The position numbers and the translations under genes were made by a program. The notes beneath the pieces were generated by a model. That model was not told the DNA's origin. It did not search any database and saw only the letters and a program-made list of their open reading frames with translations. From Clostridia bacterium (GTDB lineage Bacteria > Bacillota > Clostridia > Christensenellales > CAG-314), in assembly GCA_017457305.1 (NCBI GenBank), contig JAFTHP010000034.1:6414-70413 (forward strand): 64,000 bases of DNA, read 5' to 3'. Positions 58,185 through 64,000 of the stretch are shown one piece after another; within the stretch, counting starts at the first letter, position 1, and each line of letters opens with the position of its first letter.

Positions 58185-58467
58185 TAAAAAAACGACACGT
58201 TTGAAAAAACGCGCCGTAAAAAATTACAAAATTGGCTGTTACCATTTTCAAACAAGTACGTTCACCTTGAACAATCAAAGTGAGTTATACCCTGCGCCTT
58301 GATAACGGAGCGCTGCCGTACCTGCCTACTGCTATTTCGGCAAATCTACTTGTTGGGTGATAACCATTTGTATCGTGGTAGCCTTCCTTTCAGCACAATG
58401 GATAGCTCTCTGTGTACTCGTGTACAAAGGTGTTGTCCCTACTGTAACGTATTTGCGTATTAACTAT
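58185..58467 (-). promoter_or_regulatory. T-box riboswitch leader (probable Ile AUC specifier) controlling ileS
   Basis: Minus-strand RNA has GAGUACACAGAGAGC...GCUGAAAGG stem I elements. Candidate specifier AUC followed by A (58359-58361). F-box CUCCGUUAUC. UGGU-containing T-box-like AAAUGGUAAC. Terminator ACGGCGCGUUU-loop-AAACGUGUCGU plus U7 (58185-58217). Confidence 0.8.
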
Positions 58468-58473
58468 GTTTTT

Positions 58474-58502
58474 ATTTTATCAAATATAAGCAGAAAAAGC
58501 AA
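58474..58502 (-). promoter_or_regulatory. sigma-A-type promoter of ileS leader (TTGCTT-17-TAAAAT, TGn)
   Basis: Reverse complement reads TTGCTT TTTCTGCTTATATTTGA TAAAAT. Confidence 0.55.
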
Positions 58503-58517
58503 CTAATTTTTGACACA

Positions 58518-58546
58518 AATAAAAAGAGCCACATTGCTGTGACTCT
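58518..58546 (-). terminator. intrinsic terminator after lipoprotein gene
   Basis: Minus-strand RNA AGAGUCACA-GCAA-UGUGGCUCU followed by UUUUAUU. Confidence 0.7.
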
Positions 58547-58563
58547 AATTATTTGGTATAAAA

Positions 58564-58956
58564 CTATTTTCCTTCTCTAGCAAACTTTGCTGACAATGTA
58601 ACGCCCATTGCACTACCTTGCATGTGGATTTCGCCATCAACATAGTCGTAAACCTCTGTTACTGATTGAGATCCATTTGTAGTAACAATTTCAATTTTGC
58701 CATCTTTAATGGAAAATGTTGCGTTTGCACTGTAACTAGAAGATTGTGCTACACCCTTGGATTCTACAAGGCATGTGCCATCTTTATTTAGTGTAATTCT
58801 GTAGTATTCGTACAATTCCAAAGATGGGATTCCATTGAGTTTAAGTTCGTAGCATTCGTAAACGCCCGCCTCTTTTGCATATGGACCACAGCTTGTAAAA
58901 GCAAACAAAATACCGATAATCAAAATAACAACTAAAACTTTGCTTATGTTTTTCAT
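58564..58956 (-). CDS. hypothetical lipoprotein
   Basis: 130 aa. Signal peptide with lipobox LFAFTSC. GGAGG SD. Confidence 0.6.
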   Translation of the reverse strand: MKNISKVLVVILIIGILFAFTSCGPYAKEAGVYECYELKLNGIPSLELYEYYRITLNKDGTCLVESKGVAQSSSYSANATFSIKDGKIEIVTTNGSQSVTEVYDYVDGEIHMQGSAMGVTLSAKFAREGK

Positions 58957-58984
58957 ATAGATATCCTCCTATGTTTTTTTATAA

Positions 58985-59013
58985 AGTATATGACAATTTG
59001 TAGACATTGTCAA
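58985..59013 (-). promoter_or_regulatory. sigma-A-type promoter of lipoprotein gene (TTGACA-17-TATACT) containing a 7-bp inverted repeat
   Basis: Reverse complement reads TTGACA ATGTCTACAAATTGTCA TATACT. TGACAAT-N8-ATTGTCA spans the -35 box and spacer. Confidence 0.55.
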
Positions 59014-59055
59014 TAGTAAAATATAACATATTTAGCACAAATATTTTTGAACTTA

Positions 59056-59265
59056 TTAGTTTCCACTCTTTTTGCGAAGTTTGCGTTTGCCGTTTTCGTC
59101 CACAACGTAGGTATTATCCAACACTTGAACAACCCCTTGACGCCACTCGGCAATATATTCTTCGCGCAACTTTTTGCGTTCGGCAATTTCTTCGGGGGTT
59201 AGACCTTCGGGAGTCTTTGCCTTGCGTGCAAGTTCGTTAATTCGTTTGATTTTTTCTTCTAGCAT
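59056..59265 (-). CDS. DUF896 (YnzC/UPF0291) family small protein
   Basis: 69 aa. KIKRINELARKAKTPEGLTPEEIAERKKLREEYI matches the YnzC pattern. Confidence 0.75.
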   Translation of the reverse strand: MLEEKIKRINELARKAKTPEGLTPEEIAERKKLREEYIAEWRQGVVQVLDNTYVVDENGKRKLRKKSGN

Positions 59266-59291
59266 ACGTGTTACCTCTCATTTACAACAAA

Positions 59292-59320
59292 ATTGTACCA
59301 TCTTTTGACCATAAGGTCAA
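59292..59320 (-). promoter_or_regulatory. sigma-A-type promoter of DUF896 gene (TTGACC-17-TACAAT, TGn) with palindromic -35 region
   Basis: Reverse complement reads TTGACC TTATGGTCAAAAGATGG TACAAT. TTGACC-TTAT-GGTCAA is a perfect palindrome. Confidence 0.55.
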
Positions 59321-59391
59321 ACAAAAATATACCCCATTTGGCAATGTACGCAACAGTTGGATCCTTCGACAAAAAGTGTCAACACAAACAG

Positions 59392-59420
59392 TTGCACTTT
59401 TTTCACTTTTGTTGTATAAT
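59392..59420 (+). promoter_or_regulatory. sigma-A-type promoter of SRP RNA (TTGCAC-17-TATAAT)
   Basis: TTGCAC TTTTTTCACTTTTGTTG TATAAT, immediately upstream of the SRP RNA 5' end. Confidence 0.6.
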
Positions 59421-59424
59421 ACTC

Positions 59425-59695
59425 ACACTGCACTAGGCGGGGAGCTAGCGGTGCCCTGTTCCCTACAATCCGCTACAGTAGGGCTGAATGTTGCAGGCGG
59501 TCTTTTGCGTGGAAAGCTGGAGGTCGTAAGGAGTGTTGATATCAAGGTCTTGTGCAACGTGATTCTGTTAACCGTGTCAGGGTGGGAACACAGCAGCACT
59601 ACGCAGCTTGAGCGTGTGCCACAAGGTAGCTTTGAAGTAGCCACCTGCGAAAATACCGTTTCGGCGTAGATTGCCAACTGCAACGTGCAGTATTT
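59425..59695 (+). ncRNA. ffs: signal recognition particle RNA, large Bacillus type (with Alu domain)
   Basis: The 5' GGCGGGGAGCUAGCGGUGCCCUGUUCCCUACAAUCCGCUACAGUAGGGCUGAAU closely parallels the B. subtilis scRNA Alu domain. Domain IV CAGG-GUG-GGAA-CAC-AGCAGC has a GGAA tetraloop. The 5' ACUGCAC pairs with the 3' GUGCAGU. It has its own promoter and terminator. Confidence 0.88.
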
Positions 59696-59705
59696 AGTCA
59701 TTTAT

Positions 59706-59739
59706 GTAGGTCGGGGGATTTTTCTCGACCTACTTTTTT
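59706..59739 (+). terminator. intrinsic terminator after SRP RNA
   Basis: GUAGGUCG-loop-CGACCUAC followed by U6. Confidence 0.8.
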
Positions 59740-59920
59740 GCCGAAATTTCTAAGTATGACAATATGTATTGTCAGCCACGAAATGGCCTTTATCAAGGAT
59801 ATTTGCACACGTGTTTTGTTTGTAGATAAGGGCAAAATCATTGGTGACGGAACTGCCCAACAGGTGTTTGAACAAAGCGATAACGAACGAATAAAGGAAT
59901 TCTTTTCCAAGGTTTTGTAA
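59738..59920 (+). pseudogene. 3'-terminal remnant of an amino-acid-type ABC transporter ATPase gene
   Basis: The 60-codon frame LPKFLSMTICIVSHEMAFIKDICTRVLFVDKGKIIGDGTAQQVFEQSDNERIKEFFSKVL matches only the last 60 residues or so of GlnQ/ArtP-like ATPases (H-loop onward). No Walker A, Walker B or signature motif upstream. The frame begins inside the SRP RNA terminator U-tract. Confidence 0.6.
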
Positions 59921-59948
59921 TGCTACAAACATTGCAAAACCTTTTTTT
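59911..59948 (+). terminator. intrinsic terminator retained after the ABC ATPase remnant
   Basis: GGUUUUGUAAUG-CUACAAA-CAUUGCAAAACC followed by U7. Confidence 0.85.
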
Positions 59949-59960
59949 GTTGTGTAGGGG

Positions 59961-59989
59961 TTGAAATAATGTCCCATATATTGTATAAT
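59961..59989 (+). promoter_or_regulatory. sigma-A-type promoter of TetR gene (TTGAAA-17-TATAAT)
   Basis: TTGAAA TAATGTCCCATATATTG TATAAT, 18 nt upstream of ATG 60008. Confidence 0.6.
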
Positions 59990-60007
59990 AAAAGCGAGGT
60001 AAACAAT

Positions 60008-60532
60008 ATGTCTGCTAGCGAAATTACAAAAAAAGCGCTTGTTGATGCGTTCAAAGACGTGCTACAAACAACCCCTTTTGACAAAATTACAGTAGGGGAT
60101 ATTTCTGCACGCGCCACCGTTAACAGACAAACCTTCTACTACCACTTTGCCGATAAGTTCGACCTAACGGACACCATCATCTGCAACGAATTGGTTTTCC
60201 CACTTGCGCACACACTAGACAAAGGAGAATTTTACCAAGCATTTGAACAAATGTTTACCTATCTTCAGGATAATCGCTCCTTTTATCTTAAAATACTAAA
60301 AAGCAAAGCCGCCGATTCCATCACCACCTACACAAAGCAGATATTTGGCAACATCATTGTTCTTGTTAGCAATGGACAAATAAAAAAAACCGACATTGCT
60401 GCCGATTTTTATGCTAATGGTCTTAGTGGTACTGTTGTTGATTGGTGCTTGAACCCTCGTGGATTGACAGCCACCGATATGGCCAAACTAGCCTGGCAAT
60501 ACACTACTCAGTTTTCAAAAACGTCTCCTTGA
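60008..60532 (+). CDS. TetR/AcrR-family transcriptional regulator
   Basis: Track ORF 59969..60532. ATG 60008 (MSASEITKKAL) lies downstream of the promoter and has a GAGG SD. HTH FDKITVGDISARATVNRQTFYYHFADK. Confidence 0.8.
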   Translation: MSASEITKKALVDAFKDVLQTTPFDKITVGDISARATVNRQTFYYHFADKFDLTDTIICNELVFPLAHTLDKGEFYQAFEQMFTYLQDNRSFYLKILKSKAADSITTYTKQIFGNIIVLVSNGQIKKTDIAADFYANGLSGTVVDWCLNPRGLTATDMAKLAWQYTTQFSKTSP

Positions 60533-60743
60533 AGATGCGCTTGATTTCCTCGTAGTTTCCCACGTCCAACAAGCCCTTCAATGCGTTTGCTAACTGCTCC
60601 CTATTTTGCTTTAGCAATGGAGAAGAAGAAATGCTACTGCCAAACTCAATAAGTCTAGTTAGGCAAGTTTTGGGTGCGTTGGCCAAGCTTTGCAAAATGT
60701 TATCCAAGTGGATATCCACCAAAATTGATTTAAATGTAGACAT
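60504..60743 (-). CDS. hypothetical small protein (79 aa)
   Basis: AAGGTGA SD-like sequence 4 nt before the ATG. Helical-looking sequence with no motif. Its 3' end overlaps the convergent TetR gene by 29 nt. No clear promoter found. Confidence 0.3.
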   Translation of the reverse strand: MSTFKSILVDIHLDNILQSLANAPKTCLTRLIEFGSSISSSPLLKQNREQLANALKGLLDVGNYEEIKRIFKETFLKTE

Positions 60744-60844
60744 TGTTTCACCTTCACTTATCGGAACTTGTCCTTTTGATACCTAAAGTATACACCACTT
60801 TTGCCACAATTAGTATATACAAATTTATACAGTTGTCTAATTTT

Positions 60845-60872
60845 TTGACAGCTGACAAAAATTGACTATAAA
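60845..60872 (+). promoter_or_regulatory. possible promoter of phasin-like/ubiB operon (TTGACA-16-TATAAA)
   Basis: TTGACA GCTGACAAAAATTGAC TATAAA. Confidence 0.4.
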
Positions 60873-60929
60873 CATATTGGCGAAAGTGATATATAATATA
60901 GTCACAAACCTAACACGGAGGACTAAAAA

Positions 60930-61226
60930 ATGAAATTTCAAGACGAACTTAAAAAACTTGTTAACACAGCAGTTGGCCTAACAAGCCTTGCTCTCGACAG
61001 CGCAAAAGAACTAATTGAAAAGGCTCAAGCGCGCGGAGAAGAAACTGTTAGCACACTAAAAGTTAAAAACGAAGAACTAAAACACAAAATCAAGGAAAAT
61101 CTTGACAAGGTTGTTACCGTTACTGTAAACGACAACAGTCAACCAACTGTAGAAGAAATTCTTGCTTCCATCGCTAATCTAAGCGAAGAAGACAAAGCAA
61201 AAATCTTGGAAGGTCTTGGCAAATAG
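60930..61226 (+). CDS. phasin-like small coiled-coil protein (COG3937-like)
   Basis: 98 aa. ELKKLVNTAVGLTSLALDSAKELIEKAQARGEE pattern. Sits directly upstream of an ABC1/UbiB kinase gene. GGAGGA SD. Confidence 0.55.
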   Translation: MKFQDELKKLVNTAVGLTSLALDSAKELIEKAQARGEETVSTLKVKNEELKHKIKENLDKVVTVTVNDNSQPTVEEILASIANLSEEDKAKILEGLGK

Positions 61227-61229
61227 TAA

Positions 61230-62804
61230 ATGAGCAAACGTCTGCGTGCGATAATACGTGTTTTACAAAAACACCGCATAACCAAGCACCACTCGCCATC
61301 TGATATGCGCGTTGTGCTAGAGGAATTGGGGCCGACTTATGTAAAAATAGGTCAGCTTCTTTCCACGCGCCCAGATTTGATCCCCAAGGAATATGCAACG
61401 GAGTTTTCCAAGCTAAAGGAAAACGTAAAGCCAATGCCCTTTGACAAGGTAATGCAAATTGTTACCAACGAGCTAGGCGACAAAGCGCAACACATCACCA
61501 TTGAACCCGAACCCATTGGATCGGCATCCATTGCACAAGTTCATCGTGCCACGCTGCAAGACGGCACACAGGTTGTACTAAAGGTAATGCGCGAAAACAT
61601 CTACCAAACCGTTTCGGAAGACATTGCGTTGCTTATTTCGGCAATCAACTACGTAAAGTTTATTCCATCGTTATCACAAGGGCTAGACCTAAAACAAATG
61701 ACCAAAGAAATTTGGGCGGTAATGGAAAAGGAAATGGACTTTACCAACGAGTTGCAAAACCTGCAAATGATGCGCGAGCAAAACAAGGAAATTGCTTACG
61801 TACACTTCCCCTTGCCCTACCCACAATATTCCACCAAAAACGTGCTCACAATGGAGTACATTGATGGCATAAAACTGACAAATCGTCAACAGCTGTTAGA
61901 TAACGACTACGAGCTAAAGGAAATTTGCGAAAAGCTCGTGGAAAACTACCTATCGCAAATGCTGGATAATGGTTTTTACCACATTGACCCACACAGCGGC
62001 AACATCATCATCCGCGAAGGAAAAATTGTGTGGATTGACCTTGGTATGGTGGGCACACTATCCAAAAAGGATATCCACTTCTACACCGAGTGCATACAAG
62101 CGGTAATTTCACAAGACGCCTACGAGCTAAAAGACCTTTTGCTCACAATGGTAAAGTTGCAAAACGACGACATAGACCACATTGGATTGTACCGTGACGT
62201 AGACTTTTTGTTAAAAAAATACTCTACGCTAGCAGTATCGGAAATGAACGTTGGTAGCATACTAAACGAGCTACTAGCCATAATGCGCAAGCACAAGCTT
62301 GTGTTGCCTGATAACATCACAATGCTAGCACGTGCCCTTGTTTTACTGCAAGAAACCGTTTCCATGCTAGATAGCACGGTAAATTTGTTGGACTTTTTCA
62401 AAAACCACATTTCCTCAAAAGACATCCTAAAGCGCGTTGCCAACCAATCAATGCAAACAGCAAAAGATGTATTTTTGTCATCACACAAGGCAATAATGTT
62501 GCCAATATTCTTGGCGGAAGTACTGGAACAAACTCTCAAAGGTCAAACACAACTAAACCTAAACGTCCGCAACATTGACAAGCTTGCCCAAACAAAAAAA
62601 CGCAACGCATTTATCATATCACTAAGCGTGATACTTAGCTTTGCTTTGCTAAGTTGCATCGTTGCATTGTGCGTGCTGTGGCAAACAACCGGGGCGGTAT
62701 TTTTCAAGGTGATGCTAATCATCATGGTTGTAATGCTACTGATTCTTGGCGTCATTGGCATAGCTGTCTACATAGGTTTTGTGATATATAACCTGCGTAA
62801 GTAA
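61230..62804 (+). CDS. ABC1/UbiB-family atypical protein kinase with C-terminal TM segments
   Basis: 524 aa. GSASIAQVH, VLKVMRENI, FYHIDPHSGNI motifs of the ABC1 family. Two C-terminal TM helices. Confidence 0.85.
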   Translation: MSKRLRAIIRVLQKHRITKHHSPSDMRVVLEELGPTYVKIGQLLSTRPDLIPKEYATEFSKLKENVKPMPFDKVMQIVTNELGDKAQHITIEPEPIGSASIAQVHRATLQDGTQVVLKVMRENIYQTVSEDIALLISAINYVKFIPSLSQGLDLKQMTKEIWAVMEKEMDFTNELQNLQMMREQNKEIAYVHFPLPYPQYSTKNVLTMEYIDGIKLTNRQQLLDNDYELKEICEKLVENYLSQMLDNGFYHIDPHSGNIIIREGKIVWIDLGMVGTLSKKDIHFYTECIQAVISQDAYELKDLLLTMVKLQNDDIDHIGLYRDVDFLLKKYSTLAVSEMNVGSILNELLAIMRKHKLVLPDNITMLARALVLLQETVSMLDSTVNLLDFFKNHISSKDILKRVANQSMQTAKDVFLSSHKAIMLPIFLAEVLEQTLKGQTQLNLNVRNIDKLAQTKKRNAFIISLSVILSFALLSCIVALCVLWQTTGAVFFKVMLIIMVVMLLILGVIGIAVYIGFVIYNLRK

Positions 62805-62847
62805 CGAGCAAGTAAAACGATTAAACCCATTAAATATGTACACTTTA

Positions 62848-62880
62848 AGCCACAAGCTTGTGCTTGTGGCTTTTTCTTTT
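62848..62880 (+). terminator. intrinsic terminator after ubiB-like gene
   Basis: AGCCACAAGC-UUGU-GCUUGUGGCU followed by UUUUUCUUUU. Confidence 0.85.
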
Positions 62881-62885
62881 GCAAA

Positions 62886-63590
62886 CTAAACCAGCTTGCC
62901 AATTTCCCTTTTTAGGCGAGTGATTATCTTCTTTTCCAGTCTACTTATATAACTTTGGGATATTCCAAGAAGGTCGGCAACTTCCTTTTGCGTGCGTTCG
63001 TCGGAACCATCCAAACCAAATCTCATTTGCATTATCTGTTGTTCTCGTTTGCTGAGTCTGGACAAGCCTTCTTCCAGTAGTTGCCTTTCTACTTGGTTTT
63101 CTACGTGACAGTATATTGCATCACTATCCGTTCCCAAAATATCCGCAAGCAACAACTCGTTTCCTTCGCCATCAACGTTTAGCGGTTCGTCCAGGCTGAC
63201 TTCCTGCTTGCGTTTGGAAAGCTTCCTTAGATACATCAGTATTTCATTTTCAATACATCTACTGGCATATGTAGCAAGCTTTATGTTCTTGTCCGTTTTG
63301 AAGCTATTTATTGCCTTGATTAGACCTATAGTTCCAACGGAAATCAAGTCTTCCATATCTAGCCCCGTGCTCTCAAATTTCTTTGCAAGAAAAACCACCA
63401 AACGCAAGTTGTGTTCTACCAAGTCGTCACGAGCATAGGTATCTCCTTGCGCCATTTTTTCAAGCAAAGCTGATTCTTCTTCCGCCGATAAAGGCTGAGG
63501 CAGCGCTTCCGTACCGCACAGATAATGCGTCCACTTTTGCCACAATCCAAGGCCTTGCAACAGCTTTTTGATAATTTGCAATATTTTCAT
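62886..63590 (-). CDS. sigE: sporulation sigma factor SigE (pro-sigma-E)
   Basis: 234 aa. Near-colinear with B. subtilis pro-sigma-E: pro-sequence followed by [81 protein letters not shown]. Follows spoIIGA. Confidence 0.88.
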   Translation of the reverse strand: MKILQIIKKLLQGLGLWQKWTHYLCGTEALPQPLSAEEESALLEKMAQGDTYARDDLVEHNLRLVVFLAKKFESTGLDMEDLISVGTIGLIKAINSFKTDKNIKLATYASRCIENEILMYLRKLSKRKQEVSLDEPLNVDGEGNELLLADILGTDSDAIYCHVENQVERQLLEEGLSRLSKREQQIMQMRFGLDGSDERTQKEVADLLGISQSYISRLEKKIITRLKREIGKLV

Positions 63591-64000
63591 TGGTCACCTC
63601 CAAAAGAATTGTTTAGTAAAATGTTGTAGTGAGTGTTACACTTGCTAGCAGGTAGTGCTAACAGCACGTTTTGTTGTGTTCCATTTGCAGATATTTCACA
63701 TGGTACAGCAAACACTGTAGTGATACCGCCAACTGTAACAACTGATACCTTTTCCGCTTTGCCCATTAGTATCTGCTGAGAAAAGAAGGAAGAAATGTCG
63801 CCGAACTTTTTTGTTACAAAACAAACGCTTGTGCCCTTGTATTCAAGGGTGTTGCCACTATCCAAGTATGCCGTAACAAAGTAGCTTTTGCCACAAATAT
63901 TGACGGCAGCCTTGCAAAGGTGCGGTGCCACTTTCTTTGTTTGCAACACAAACATATGAAGGCTATAACACAAAAAGCAAACCAACAACACAGCAAATAA
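63587..64000 (-). CDS. spoIIGA: sigma-E processing peptidase SpoIIGA (C-terminal part; gene runs off the window)
   Basis: The frame is open to the window edge. Aspartic-protease motif AYLDSGNTL. 4-nt overlap with sigE as in the spoIIG operon. Confidence 0.75.
   Translation of the reverse strand, partial: LFAVLLVCFLCYSLHMFVLQTKKVAPHLCKAAVNICGKSYFVTAYLDSGNTLEYKGTSVCFVTKKFGDISSFFSQQILMGKAEKVSVVTVGGITTVFAVPCEISANGTQQNVLLALPASKCNTHYNILLNNSFGGDQ

Noticed and set aside
59292-59320. LexA (SOS) box at the DUF896/ynzC-like promoter.
   Set aside because: The palindrome TTGACC-N4-GGTCAA does not match the Firmicute LexA consensus CGAAC-N4-GTTCG.

Overview
This 64-kb segment reads as core chromosome of a low-GC, endospore-forming Bacillota (Clostridia-like) organism. 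That placement is an inference from gene content and synteny: yabP-yabQ-divIC, minD-minE-spoIVFA-spoIVFB, spoIIGA-sigE, dnaG-sigA-trmK and nadD/yqeK-rsfS. About 60 protein genes are supported, mostly housekeeping. They include four aminoacyl-tRNA synthetases (glnS, cysS, serS, type-2 ileS), dnaB, dnaG, sigA, pyruvate:ferredoxin oxidoreductase, metNIQ, upp, rpiB, tsaC, ppiB and an M29 aminopeptidase. RNA elements are a large Bacillus-type SRP RNA, two T-box leaders (metNIQ, ileS) and a preQ1-I riboswitch before queT. Many sigma-A-type promoters and intrinsic terminators can be read directly from the sequence. I saw no rRNA or tRNA genes, CRISPR arrays, transposases, integrases, phage genes or recognisable defence genes, so there is no obvious accessory island and no clear new system. 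The observations most worth a second look are: (i) four promoters whose -10 box lies exactly 6 nt from an ATG with no Shine-Dalgarno, predicting leaderless mRNAs; (ii) a preQ1 riboswitch, a short uORF with an ATGA overlap, queT and a TSCPD gene in series; (iii) a conserved-unknown GGGtGRT plus NifU-like operon; (iv) a membrane-anchored alpha/beta hydrolase fused to a polytopic domain, behind a leader-peptide/terminator leader; (v) an XRE regulator, a standalone paralog of its C-terminal domain and an ABC exporter, behind an attenuator-like leader; (vi) smaller items: DnaB with an acidic tail, a NadD-YqeK fusion, and an ABC ATPase remnant abutting the SRP RNA terminator. All functional calls were made by eye from motifs and synteny; no database search or folding program was run.
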